This document shows positions 26,250-36,227 of a stretch of 64,000 bases of DNA, piece by piece. Every line of letters starts with the position of its first letter. Positions within the stretch are counted from its first letter, which is position 1. The notes under the pieces were generated by a model that saw nothing but the letters and a program-made list of their open reading frames with translations, ran no database searches and was not told the DNA's origin. The stretch lies in the NCBI GenBank assembly GCA_965215265.1, contig OZ244048.1, positions 4,549,989 to 4,613,988 of the forward strand. Direction: 5' to 3'. Source of the DNA: Candidatus Poribacteria bacterium. GTDB lineage: Bacteria; Poribacteria; WGA-4E; WGA-3G. The translations under genes and the position numbers were made by a program.

Positions 26250-27122
26250 TTATTTTTCAGTCTGTGGGGCGTTTCCCAGAATCAATTCGGCCTGGTCTGC
26301 TGGGGAATAGAAATAAGAGCCCGGTTTCCATTCTCCGATGTCGCCAATTAACCTGCGTTGGCGTGGCGTGCAGCGTTCCAAGAGTTCAGGGGATGCTTTC
26401 TCGTAATCAAAAGGACGGAAACAGTGATGGCTGTAGCAATAAATTAACGTTTTGCGAGGCTGTTCGGATTGGTTTCCGACGACACCGTGCCATAAAGCGT
26501 GTGGGAAAAAGGCGGCATCACCGGCTTTGACGTTCAGTTGCACTGCGTCAGGGATGTAAGGGCCATCCGGTATACCGCTCTCGGGAAAAGGGCGATTGTG
26601 GGTACCTGGGACAACGGTAAAATTTCCACTCTGCGGATTATCCAAATCAGTTAGAAAATAGTGAATCTTAAGTTGGAGTGGCGAGCTGGTCTGACTGACG
26701 CGGATGCCGCGCATCGCCTGGCCGCCATCGGTGTGCAAATAACCTTTGTCCTTGGGATTTGGTGGGCGTACTATAACCTCGGACATGCTTAGCTGGATGT
26801 AAGGCCCCAACAATTCAAGGACTATCGGAAATGTAACCGGATGATCGATGAGGTCCACGAAGATATCGTTATCCTCCATGACATTTCGTCTGTCAAAGAC
26901 AGTATCGGTATTGACACCCTCGGTTTGGCGAAATTCACTGTCCATTTCATCTACCACCGCGCTCAGTTTTTCAATTTCTTGGGCGGTGAGTACCTCTTTC
27001 ATGAGGAGATAGCCGTGTTCTTGCCACTGTTGTTTCTGAGTATGCGTTAGGATTTCCATGTTGATAGATTCTCCGCTATTAGCCGATATTGTGTTCATTT
27101 TTATATTGTTAAAAAAATACAT
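26250..27122 (-). CDS. Phytanoyl-CoA dioxygenase (PhyH) family Fe(II)/2-oxoglutarate oxygenase
   Basis: WQEHGYLLMKEVL, a facial-triad-like GYLHTDGG, then PGTHN and AGDAAFFPHALWHG. The start is probably the internal MEILTH (ATG at 27059, with GGAG upstream). Confidence 0.8.
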   Translation of the reverse strand: MYFFNNIKMNTISANSGESINMEILTHTQKQQWQEHGYLLMKEVLTAQEIEKLSAVVDEMDSEFRQTEGVNTDTVFDRRNVMEDNDIFVDLIDHPVTFPIVLELLGPYIQLSMSEVIVRPPNPKDKGYLHTDGGQAMRGIRVSQTSSPLQLKIHYFLTDLDNPQSGNFTVVPGTHNRPFPESGIPDGPYIPDAVQLNVKAGDAAFFPHALWHGVVGNQSEQPRKTLIYCYSHHCFRPFDYEKASPELLERCTPRQRRLIGDIGEWKPGSYFYSPADQAELILGNAPQTEK

Positions 27123-27340
27123 GACAAATACGTTAAAGTCAAGTAAAATATGAGGAGGGGTTAGGAAAAGACGGCGAAAGGGTCGGAGATGCTTCCATTT
27201 AGGGGAAGTGTCCTAAAGTTGTTGGGTGGCTGAATGCTGATTTATCGTATTATAGGAGTCGTAGGATAGCCGCCCTTACAGCAATCTATCGTGCCGATAG
27301 GTCAAAAATGACGAAAAGAGGCAGAAACGGAGGATGTCTC

Positions 27341-28846
27341 ATGCAAGCCAATTCACATCTTTTTACCGATGAACAGATGCGAGGTTTCATTATGCAGGGG
27401 TATGTCACAGTAAAGACAGACTTACCGCGTAGTTATCATGAAACTATCTATCGTAAGACGCAGGAACTGACTGCAAAAGAGGGTAATTTAGGGAATAATA
27501 TCTTGCCGCGTGTGCCGGAATTACAAGCGGTTTTTGAGGAGCCGGTCGTGCGCGGTGCATTGACGAGTATTTTAGGGCAGAATTACGTCATGCATTCGCA
27601 TCGGCATCCGCACCAGAATCGTCCGCACAGTGATGGACAGGGGTTTCACAAGGATAGTTATTGGGGATATCAGAAGGTTCGGCACCACTGTCCGCGTTGG
27701 GCGATGGCTTTCTACTACCCACAAGATGTGCCAGAAGAGATTGGGCCCTCTGCGATTCTGCCGGGGACGCAGTACTACAGTACCCGGCTCCGTGAAGGCA
27801 ACGCCGGGGAATTGCCTCTAAGCGGTGAGGCTGGAACGGTAACGATTATCCACTTTGATTTGTGGCATAGAGCGATGGCGAATCGCACGTACAAAACGCG
27901 GTATATGATGAAGTTTCAGTTTATCCGCCTGGAGGAACCGGAGGAACCGGAATGGAACATGGAGAATCCGCAGTGGGACGATGAACAGTGCAAGGGGAAC
28001 GGCAGCACAGCACTGCCTCGCCATGAAGGGACCTGGCGGCATATTTGGAATTGGGTAGCGGGGCAGCAAAATTTGGAGTCTTCTGGCGCGACTAACGGTA
28101 ACCTATCTGCTTGCGTAACGGCGCTACAGAACGGAGATCCGGAAACCCGTTCGCGTGCGGCAGACGAATTGGGGCTGTTAGGCCATTCTGCTGCAGAAGC
28201 GCTTCCGATGCTAATTGCTGCGTTACGTGATGATTATGAACCGGTGCGCTTGAATGCCGCTTATGCGCTCGGAACTATTGGTGGTGCAGCGGTACCGGCG
28301 TTGATAGAGACACTGCGAGATGAAAACGGACCGGCGCGCCGGATGGCGGCATACGCATTGGCAGCCGTTGGTGAACCTGCCGTACCCGCGTTGAGTGAAG
28401 CATTAAATCATACAGAAGAGGCTGTGCGGCTTGAAGCATCTTACGCTTTAGCACAACTAGGTAGTGCAGCGCGCGAAGCTATGCCGGCATTGATGGCGCG
28501 AATTACAGACGACTGTGTTGAAGTCAGACGCTATATCGCCGAAGCGTTCGGCAGCATGGGCACCACTGCTGAAGCTGCGGTACCTGCCTTGGGTACTATG
28601 CTGGACGGAGATGCCGACGATCAGGTCCGGTTTGAATCAGCTTTAGCGTTAGCACAGATTGGCCCGCCTGCAAACGATGCACTCGGTGTGCTTACCGGTG
28701 TGCTCTCTGATAAGAACCGGTACGTGCGTGACAACGCTGTTCTCGCTTTGAAACGGATTGGTACGCCGGATGCAGAAGAGGCATTGTTTGATTATCTGCT
28801 GATGTCCCGGTGGTGTGCGATTACAAACCGTGAAAGTACATTCTAA
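27341..28846 (+). CDS. PhyH-like dioxygenase domain fused to C-terminal HEAT (PBS-lyase-type) repeats
   Basis: A GGAGGA RBS lies 6 nt before the ATG at 27341; the ORF track starts at 27308. The N-terminal half has FTDEQMRGFIMQGYV, HSHRHPHQ and HFDLWHRA. The C-terminal half has repeated PVRLNAAYALGTIG / AVPALIETL-type HEAT units. Confidence 0.75.
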   Translation: MQANSHLFTDEQMRGFIMQGYVTVKTDLPRSYHETIYRKTQELTAKEGNLGNNILPRVPELQAVFEEPVVRGALTSILGQNYVMHSHRHPHQNRPHSDGQGFHKDSYWGYQKVRHHCPRWAMAFYYPQDVPEEIGPSAILPGTQYYSTRLREGNAGELPLSGEAGTVTIIHFDLWHRAMANRTYKTRYMMKFQFIRLEEPEEPEWNMENPQWDDEQCKGNGSTALPRHEGTWRHIWNWVAGQQNLESSGATNGNLSACVTALQNGDPETRSRAADELGLLGHSAAEALPMLIAALRDDYEPVRLNAAYALGTIGGAAVPALIETLRDENGPARRMAAYALAAVGEPAVPALSEALNHTEEAVRLEASYALAQLGSAAREAMPALMARITDDCVEVRRYIAEAFGSMGTTAEAAVPALGTMLDGDADDQVRFESALALAQIGPPANDALGVLTGVLSDKNRYVRDNAVLALKRIGTPDAEEALFDYLLMSRWCAITNRESTF

Positions 28847-28873
28847 CATTCTAACAGACTAACAGATGGAACC

Positions 28874-30034
28874 GTGAAGATGCTCAACTACGATCTTTTG
28901 ATTAAAAATGGCACACTTATTGACCCAAGGGCGGGTATCCATGCCTGCAAGGATGTCGGATTTGTCAACGGCAGCGTATCAGCGGTTAGTGATGAGATTC
29001 CTGCATCTGAAGCAAGGGAAGTGCTTGATGCAAGTGGCTGTCTCGTTACCCCCGGCTTGATCGATTTGCACGTTCATGTGTTCTACGGTGTGAGTCACTT
29101 CGGGATTGAACCGGATGCGACCTGTTTGGCACGAGGGGCGACAACAGTCGTTGATGCGGGTTCGGCTGGGGCGGATCCCTTCCCCGGTTTCCGGAAATAC
29201 GTTATTGATGTGAGCGAGACACGCATCCTCGCGCAGTTAAACATTTCTTCACAAGGCATGCTAACCCGAGAGATTGGCGAATTAGAAAATCCTGACTATG
29301 CAGATGTTGGGAAGGCATGCCGCATGATAGAATTACATCGGGACGTTATCTTAGGGGTCAAGGTGCGCTTGACGCGAGAATCTATCGTTGGTGCCCGGGC
29401 GGGTATGTTGCCGTTACAGAAAGCACGCGAGACTGCAGATGCTGCAGGTCTTCCGCTGATGGTGCATCCGCAAGATGCGTGGTGTGAGTCTATTGATGAC
29501 ATCTTAGCAGTTATGGGCGAGCGCGATATTCTGACGCACTGCTTTCACGATATGGCGTGTGGTATCTTAGATGAGAACGGCAGGATCCGAGATGCTGTTC
29601 ATGCCGCGATCGAGCGCGGGGTGATATTCGATGTCGGACATGGTGCGGGTTCTTTCAGTTGGGATGTCGTAGAAAACGCAATGGCGCAAGGTGTAGAGCC
29701 GGCAACGATTTCATCGGATTTGCATACCTACAACGTGGGCGGTCCTGTTTATGACCTGGTGAACGTCGTTAACAAATTCCTGCATCTCGGGCTGTCACTT
29801 GATGCAGCATTGGCGAAGGTAACGAGCGTACCGGCGGAGACTATATTGATGCCGGGGCAGGTCGGCACCTTAGCCGTTGATGCCTGGGGTGATGCCGTTG
29901 TGTTCGAACTTCGCGAAGGCGAATTCCAATTAGTGGATGCACGCGGTAAGATCAGGATAGGCAAACAGAAGCTGGAACCGGTGATTGTTGTCAAAGGTGG
30001 CCGCGTCCATAGACAGCGACGTTCAGGCGGCTAA
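28874..30034 (+). CDS. Amidohydrolase/deacetylase-family metallohydrolase
   Basis: LLIKNGTLIDP...VTPGLIDLHVHVF is the metal-binding HxH strand. Later blocks are MVHPQ and DVGHG. Confidence 0.8.
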   Translation: MKMLNYDLLIKNGTLIDPRAGIHACKDVGFVNGSVSAVSDEIPASEAREVLDASGCLVTPGLIDLHVHVFYGVSHFGIEPDATCLARGATTVVDAGSAGADPFPGFRKYVIDVSETRILAQLNISSQGMLTREIGELENPDYADVGKACRMIELHRDVILGVKVRLTRESIVGARAGMLPLQKARETADAAGLPLMVHPQDAWCESIDDILAVMGERDILTHCFHDMACGILDENGRIRDAVHAAIERGVIFDVGHGAGSFSWDVVENAMAQGVEPATISSDLHTYNVGGPVYDLVNVVNKFLHLGLSLDAALAKVTSVPAETILMPGQVGTLAVDAWGDAVVFELREGEFQLVDARGKIRIGKQKLEPVIVVKGGRVHRQRRSGG

Positions 30035-31635
30035 GGGTGCGGTTGCCCTGCTGTGGGTTTCTCCTTCGGTGCGTTAGAATCTGCTCCGAATCGAATGTGT
30101 AGTGCTGCTCCGGGGGCGTGTTGCTTTCCATATAAGGCATGCTTGATACCCCAGAAAGCGACTGTTGTCCCCACCATCATCACAACACCCCACAATGCTG
30201 TTTTCCAGAGTAAGTCAGTGAAGGAGAGAGCGCCGGGGAGTTGTTTCGGCACGGTTTGTGCCCCGACAGCCATCAGCACAGTGCAGATAATGGCGTTGAG
30301 AGTAATTACACCCTCTGTTACCAAGCGGTGCGGACTGAAACCGACTAGGGCACGCTCAAAGTTGAAGATGACAACGCACCACAAAAAGACGAAGTAGAGA
30401 AGCTGCCCTTTCCCGAGCCAGTCAGCAGAAATAAACGGAATCGGCCGGTTGAGATTGACTAGGAGAATCGTACCCAATGCCACGCTGAGTGCGATATAGA
30501 AGAGCTCAAACCAGCCTATCCAGCCTTTGGAATGTCTAAACCAGCCGGCTAATGGCAGGCCAAAGAATCTCTCCGGTAACGGTGCTACTTGCTCAACCCA
30601 CGTTGTCGTCGCCTTCCGGTAATTTAGGTAGGTTAGAGCGATGAGTATAAAGGAGACTGCGAACACCTCCATCCAACGTGGGAGCTCTGGATCTGCCTCT
30701 AACACGGGTGCCTGCTTAAACAGAAAGCCGAACGTTACAGCAAGCCCGAGCCCGAAAAAGAGCCCTTGTGTCTGTTCCATTACGCTATGCCAGTTAGTCT
30801 GGAGCCCTGTTCGGATGTAGAACAATTTCAGTAATTGCCCTAAAGAGAAGGCGAGGCCACCCGCAAAGCCGGTCATTAACGTTGCGAAAGCGACTCCACC
30901 GAGCTGGTAACGCCAACAGTATACTAAGACACCTATCACCAGGCCGACGCAGCCTGCCCAATTGTCACCCCGTGGCGGTGTCATTCGAAAACCGAACACG
31001 TTCACTAAAAGCAGGAACGCGGCAAACCAGCCGACCCCCATATACAGAATGAGAGCCGTACCCATGTCCAAACCTCCACGGAAAAGCACCACAATAAGCG
31101 CAGCAATAATAGCAACCAGCGCGGCCAACCAATCGGTATCGTACCAGTAGAGCGGGCTCTCGTGGCGTTGCATCCGTTTTGTTGAAAAAAAGTAATCGAT
31201 TGCAACGGCCTGAAGTGCCCAGCCGATGAAGACAGCGCTCATCGGAATAAAGAAGAGGGGCAATTGTTCGTGGCTGAGAAACGCAGGGAGTGCCGTCCCG
31301 GCGCCGCCAAGGGCTGCCCATAAAAAACCGATAACAAACAGATTCGCGAAGCCGTATAGCACCGTGGACGTATGCGGTGAATGCGTATAGCCAATCACCT
31401 GCATATAGGACATACTGCCCCCGAATGACCAGCCGAGTGCACCAAACATCGCGAAGTAGTGCACGTATCGCCACCAATCCTCACGCCCGGATAACAGGAC
31501 GATTGCCATTGCAGCAAGTGCACCAGGCAAGGCTGCACCATATTCATGCCCGAAATTCCCTCGGATCCCCCAGCCAACACAGAGCGATAAACCGCATAGA
31601 ATTAACATTTGCCACGGGAGAGTTATCATGTCCAT
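30031..31635 (-). CDS. Polytopic membrane protein of unknown function
   Basis: 534 aa, with at least 12 hydrophobic segments. Its stop overlaps the amidohydrolase stop (CTAA at 30031-30034). I recognise no family. Confidence 0.7.
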   Translation of the reverse strand: MDMITLPWQMLILCGLSLCVGWGIRGNFGHEYGAALPGALAAMAIVLLSGREDWWRYVHYFAMFGALGWSFGGSMSYMQVIGYTHSPHTSTVLYGFANLFVIGFLWAALGGAGTALPAFLSHEQLPLFFIPMSAVFIGWALQAVAIDYFFSTKRMQRHESPLYWYDTDWLAALVAIIAALIVVLFRGGLDMGTALILYMGVGWFAAFLLLVNVFGFRMTPPRGDNWAGCVGLVIGVLVYCWRYQLGGVAFATLMTGFAGGLAFSLGQLLKLFYIRTGLQTNWHSVMEQTQGLFFGLGLAVTFGFLFKQAPVLEADPELPRWMEVFAVSFILIALTYLNYRKATTTWVEQVAPLPERFFGLPLAGWFRHSKGWIGWFELFYIALSVALGTILLVNLNRPIPFISADWLGKGQLLYFVFLWCVVIFNFERALVGFSPHRLVTEGVITLNAIICTVLMAVGAQTVPKQLPGALSFTDLLWKTALWGVVMMVGTTVAFWGIKHALYGKQHAPGAALHIRFGADSNAPKEKPTAGQPHP

Positions 31636-31898
31636 ATCTTTCGCCTCCTATTTCGCCTATGAGGTATAAGGACGAGTCATGCCAATAGAACTAACCGAAG
31701 AGCTCATGAAAAAAAAGAATTACTCCTAATTATGTCATATTAGGGTTTTATTGTCAATAGCAGAGCAAAACTGACCCAAAAATATAAGAAGCACTCAGGC
31801 GAAAAAGGTTTTATCAGTCAATTTGCATTGCATCTATTTTGGTTCTATGATATGGTAAAAAATATAGAGAAAGTTAAAAGTTCTGCTGGAGAAAAAAT

Positions 31899-33026
31899 AT
31901 GAATAGTGTACGGATAGGTGTTATCGGGTGTGGCGCGATTGCACAAGTTCAGCATCTGCCAAACCTTGCCGAACTTTACAGAGAATTTGAGGTCTCCATT
32001 GTCTGCGATTTGTCGCTCAGGACTGCCAAAGCCGTTGCACAGCGGTTTCACATTCCCGCCTACGTGACAGATTACAACGAATTACTAAAAACAGATGTAG
32101 ATGCGGTGCTGCTTTGTCACGGTGATCCGAAGACAGCTGTAGCCCTGGCTGCACTTGAAGCCGGTAAACATGTTTTTATTGAGAAACCGGTCTGCTTCTC
32201 AATTGAAGAGATGGACGCGATGCTATCTGCGCAACAAAAGGTTGGCACAGTTGCACAAGCCGGCTACATGAAAGTGCATGACCCGGCTTTTCAGCTTGCT
32301 AAACGCGAAGTCGATACCATGGAGAGTTATCGATTCGTTCAGATTAACCATCTGCATCCGAACAATAACTTGCACTTAAGCCAGTTTGACGTGGAACGTT
32401 TTAGCGATATCCCATCCGATGCGTTTAAACCGGCTACCGTCGCGCGTGAGAAGGCGCTTTCGGAAGCAATAGGCGACCTGTTAGCGCAAAATGGACTCAG
32501 AAATCGTGTCCGAAACCGAGCAGAACGTGTTTTCTTTTTACTAGCGGGGAGTATGATACACGATATTTATAGTTTACGCGTTATGTTAGGGGCACCTAGT
32601 GAAGTCGTTAGTGCAGAAGTCTGGTCTGAAGGCCGGGGGGTGAGTATCGTGTTTGCTTATCCGAACGGTGCACGTTGTGTCGCAACATGGGTGGATCTGC
32701 CGGATGTGTGGGATTTCAAGGAAACGTTAGAGATTTACGGAGATAACAGCCGTGTGCTGGTCTCTTATCCGACCGGGTTCTCGCGTGGAATTCTTTCAGA
32801 AGTAACGATACACGGCATAGATGCAGCAGGCACATCCTATAGCAAGCACCCTGCAGTAGAGTGGGAAAGTGCATTCGTGCGAGAACTCCGACACTTTCAT
32901 GCCTGCATCACGCAAAATGAAGGATGTTATACGTCCCTTTCAGCGGCTCGGCATGATATTTCGCTGATTATTGACATTGTGGAATGTTATGTTAAGCGGG
33001 AAGCAGTTACGTGTGGCAGGCGGTAG
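31899..33026 (+). CDS. Gfo/Idh/MocA family oxidoreductase
   Basis: The Rossmann N-terminus is VRIGVIGCGAIAQVQHLPNL. GKHVFIEKP is the family EKP motif. Confidence 0.85.
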   Translation: MNSVRIGVIGCGAIAQVQHLPNLAELYREFEVSIVCDLSLRTAKAVAQRFHIPAYVTDYNELLKTDVDAVLLCHGDPKTAVALAALEAGKHVFIEKPVCFSIEEMDAMLSAQQKVGTVAQAGYMKVHDPAFQLAKREVDTMESYRFVQINHLHPNNNLHLSQFDVERFSDIPSDAFKPATVAREKALSEAIGDLLAQNGLRNRVRNRAERVFFLLAGSMIHDIYSLRVMLGAPSEVVSAEVWSEGRGVSIVFAYPNGARCVATWVDLPDVWDFKETLEIYGDNSRVLVSYPTGFSRGILSEVTIHGIDAAGTSYSKHPAVEWESAFVRELRHFHACITQNEGCYTSLSAARHDISLIIDIVECYVKREAVTCGRR

Positions 33027-33059
33027 GCGCGGGTCGGTAAAGTTTCAATTCCGAAATAA

Positions 33060-33088
33060 GCATGGCGAGGTACAAAGCCTCGCCATGC
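33060..33088 (-). terminator. Strong hairpin between convergent genes; probable terminator of the S55 peptidase gene
   Basis: Perfect 11 bp stem GCATGGCGAGG / CCTCGCCATGC with a 7 nt loop. On the minus strand it is followed by TTATTTCGG. Confidence 0.5.
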
Positions 33089-33165
33089 AGGAGCCGACTT
33101 GAAAACCAAACAAACATGCGGAAGATACGAGGTAGGAAAACAACCCCAATTAGATTAATTGGGTG

Positions 33166-35172
33166 TTATTCGTTTACCTTGTTTTCCTCGCCCTCTGCTT
33201 GAATCGGGCCATTTTCCGCTGCTTCAGTTTTAATCATAATTTGCGCGTCTTTCGAGCCAGTCACGACAAAGCCGTCAATAAGGATTTCAACCTCGACACT
33301 CGGCGGAGGTCCATCGTCCTCTGGAACCGGGAAATCGTCAGGGAGCGGGGGCAGGAATTCTTCCGGAAATTCCTGCGGTAGTTCTCCGTCAGGTGGCTGT
33401 TCTCCGGGCGGTAGCAATGCCTCAGGCGGTGGGGACTCTTCAAGGAATGGAAATGCACCGCCTGTTGGAGTCAAGGTTACCGTGATAAGCCCTGCATCCA
33501 CCTGATTCTCTTCCAGTTGTTGAATCAGTTCATCCAGATTTTTAGGTGCACGTTTTTCCGCGTCTTCATCAAAATCTTCAAATTCAAAATGTACGATTGT
33601 GTCAAGTGGCGTACCAAATTCACCGGGAGAGCCAACGAAACTTGCAGCCGCTCTCACACTTGCGTCGCCAGTTGGAAAATCCTCTGGAATCTCAAGTGTA
33701 ACTTCTCTCTGAATTGTACGTTCGGCACCGGCAGCACTCCAATGCGGAAGGAGTACGATGCCTACCGAAAGCGTTTCACCGGGCATCACTGCAGCGGGTA
33801 GGATAATTTCGTCTATTTCTGCTTTTGCAATCTGAGGGCTGTCCGTAACAGAGATTGACACCTGTTTCAATGTCGCTTTGCCAGCCGTGTTTATCAATGT
33901 ATCGGTAAAGTTCTTAATAATTGAATCGGTGTTTCTTAACACATCCATAGACTTGGATGGAGATGCGCTCCGAAAGGATTCGGTATAAACTTTCTCTGTT
34001 TCTTGAAAGTGTAGTGTGACAGCACCTTCGACGGTGCCGGGACTGGTTTCCAGCCGAATGGCTTCCATAGTCGCTAAAGCAACAAGGGGAATGTACTCCT
34101 CTTCCCCATAAGCGACGACGTGATTTTTCTCTATCACAGGATTGTTTCCGGATTGGTAAGAGAACTTCACCGGAATCATTTCCGGGATTTCACCTAGCTC
34201 GCCGACAATCGCCGGGGATAAATCTTTCGTTATCGTGCCGATTGGAGATCCGTAGGCAGAAGCAGATTTATGGGATATGGACAAACGTGATACAATGCCG
34301 TGGGTTACGGCTCTGTAGACTGGTAGTGCAGACTTCCCTTTTCTTGACATAGCATGGCCGAATGCGACAAACTGGTTGTCATAGACCTGGGTTACTGTCC
34401 CGAAGCCGAGCACGTTGACAATATCTCCGGTTGCTATTGCAGCACCAATCATATCACCAGCAGAGAGCTGGGTGGTAGCTCCGGGTAGCGGTGCAGCCGG
34501 AGCCCCGCCGGTACCGGCAAGGAATTCAACGAAATCGAGCTTTGAATTGGAAAGCTGTGAAGAGAGTCCTTGGAGCCGATGGGGCTGTATCCCTGTAACG
34601 ATTACTGGTATTTTGACCGGCGTGAAAGTCGCACGAAGCGGCGGTGCAGCGGCGGCTAGTTCTTGATCTAGCATTTCACCAAACGTTTGTTGGTGCAGTG
34701 CTGTCTCCATCCAATCGATCGGTGTCACCGAGAACCGATATGGCGGTTGCAGGTAATCCCGGCCGAAAGCGAGTGCACCCATAACCCGTCCAGGCGGACC
34801 GACTGGGCTTCCAGACATGCCTTGTGCAATGCCACCAAAAGCCTTGGCTGACTCATCAATCAACTCACACTCGTACACTGGAAATCCGTAGGGGCCCTGT
34901 TGGATGCTCCGAAACCGAGCTTGTAGAACGACTTTATTTGTCCCCTCAATTACTGTAATGAGTTCCAGAGGCGTTTTGCTCGCCAGCCTTTGTGCTTCAT
35001 CTTCATACATATTCTCAAGCACGACATTACCGACAATTGGCGGTGCACTTAATCCACTGACGGCCTCAACAGTTGTAGCATTGCTGAGTCGTACTGAGTC
35101 TTCATCAGATGAGCAACCCACTTGAGTTAAAATTGCAATAATAATACCCACGAAAACCCCAAAATTTTTCAC
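33166..35172 (-). CDS. Lipoprotein with an S55 (SpoIVB-like) serine peptidase domain and a Pro/Glu-rich C-terminal region
   Basis: GTG start with a GGAGG RBS. The lipobox is LTQVGCSSDE. GIAQGMSGSPVGPPGRVMGALAFG resembles the SpoIVB catalytic-serine block. The C-terminus is EESPPPEALLPPGEQPPDGELPQEFPEEFLPPLPDDFPVPEDDGPPP. Confidence 0.65.
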   Translation of the reverse strand: MKNFGVFVGIIIAILTQVGCSSDEDSVRLSNATTVEAVSGLSAPPIVGNVVLENMYEDEAQRLASKTPLELITVIEGTNKVVLQARFRSIQQGPYGFPVYECELIDESAKAFGGIAQGMSGSPVGPPGRVMGALAFGRDYLQPPYRFSVTPIDWMETALHQQTFGEMLDQELAAAAPPLRATFTPVKIPVIVTGIQPHRLQGLSSQLSNSKLDFVEFLAGTGGAPAAPLPGATTQLSAGDMIGAAIATGDIVNVLGFGTVTQVYDNQFVAFGHAMSRKGKSALPVYRAVTHGIVSRLSISHKSASAYGSPIGTITKDLSPAIVGELGEIPEMIPVKFSYQSGNNPVIEKNHVVAYGEEEYIPLVALATMEAIRLETSPGTVEGAVTLHFQETEKVYTESFRSASPSKSMDVLRNTDSIIKNFTDTLINTAGKATLKQVSISVTDSPQIAKAEIDEIILPAAVMPGETLSVGIVLLPHWSAAGAERTIQREVTLEIPEDFPTGDASVRAAASFVGSPGEFGTPLDTIVHFEFEDFDEDAEKRAPKNLDELIQQLEENQVDAGLITVTLTPTGGAFPFLEESPPPEALLPPGEQPPDGELPQEFPEEFLPPLPDDFPVPEDDGPPPSVEVEILIDGFVVTGSKDAQIMIKTEAAENGPIQAEGEENKVNE

Positions 35173-35427
35173 TTTGTATTCCTCCCAAATAGAGCTCGGG
35201 CTAACTATTTTTATCAGTTAGCGATTGTATTTTTCAATTAGATTGTGCAACAACATGTGATACACAGTGTCTTTCATGTTGATTTACCTGCGGGATAACT
35301 TCACTATTTTTGGTTGTTACAATGAATTGCCAGACGATAAGCTAAGCGTGTCCGGTCTATTCATTGCAAGTTGACAAGCCGGCTTAACCGGCAAATATCT
35401 TGTAACTATAAGAGAGTGTGTATAGAT

Positions 35428-36192
35428 TTACCACGCCACCCAGCCGCCATCAACTGCGATGGTCTGTCCGGTAACCCAATTCGCGGCATTCGATGCCAAG
35501 AACAAGACGGCACCAACCACTTCGTCTACCTCGCCGACTCTTCCCATCGGAATGCGCCGGACCACATCCTCATAAAATTCCTTCCGCTGCAACAGCACAT
35601 CCGCAAGGGGGGTGCGGGTAAAAGCAGGCGCGACGGCGTTTACAGTGACGTTGTGCGGTGCCCATTCAACGGCGAGCCCTTTCGTTAGCAGAACTACCCC
35701 GCCTTTGCTGCCTGAATACGCAGTGCGTAGCGGGCCGCCTACGAGCCCCATCGTCGAGGCGATGTTAATGATTTTTCCGTTCTTTCGGGAGATCATCGGT
35801 TTAACGAGCGTCTGTGTTAAAAAGAACAAGCCTTTGAGATTGAGATCATAGATGGCATCCCAATCTTCTTCACTGAGCTCAAGTGCAGGCTTAGGCCGGT
35901 TGGTGCCGGCATTATTGACAAGGATATCAACGCGTCCCCATACGTCAATAGCTGCTTGCGCGCCGCGTGCAATATCGTTCAGGTCACTAACGTCAAACAC
36001 CACGGGTTCCGCCTCTCCGCCCTGTGCCCGAATTTCATCGGCAACTTCTTCCAAGTCAGCGGCGGTTCGGCTGTTCAAAATGAGTTTTGCCCCCATCTGC
36101 GCGCCGGCGAGCGCGATGCCGCGCCCGATGCCCTTTCCGGAACCCGTCACTAACATGACCTTATCCTTCAACTCAAACCCTGGAAATGCCAT
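35428..36192 (-). CDS. Short-chain dehydrogenase/reductase (SDR) family oxidoreductase
   Basis: TGSGKGIGRGIA cofactor motif, NNAG, and the catalytic YSGSKGG (YxxxK). Confidence 0.9.
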   Translation of the reverse strand: MAFPGFELKDKVMLVTGSGKGIGRGIALAGAQMGAKLILNSRTAADLEEVADEIRAQGGEAEPVVFDVSDLNDIARGAQAAIDVWGRVDILVNNAGTNRPKPALELSEEDWDAIYDLNLKGLFFLTQTLVKPMISRKNGKIINIASTMGLVGGPLRTAYSGSKGGVVLLTKGLAVEWAPHNVTVNAVAPAFTRTPLADVLLQRKEFYEDVVRRIPMGRVGEVDEVVGAVLFLASNAANWVTGQTIAVDGGWVAW

Positions 36193-36227
36193 TTTTCTTC
36201 TCCTATTACGTTCTGAAGAGCTTTAAA

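Noticed and set aside
26095-27305. Short shared strings in two intergenic regions (CGTGCCGATAG at 26176 and 27290; the hairpin CGCGGTT-GCA-AACCGCG at 26112-26128), considered as a possible third dispersed repeat family.
   Set aside because: Only about 11 nt are shared exactly and the surrounding alignment is poor. This could be chance or a short operator-like palindrome (CTATCG-TGC-CGATAG at 27285-27299). It needs genome-wide counting before any claim.
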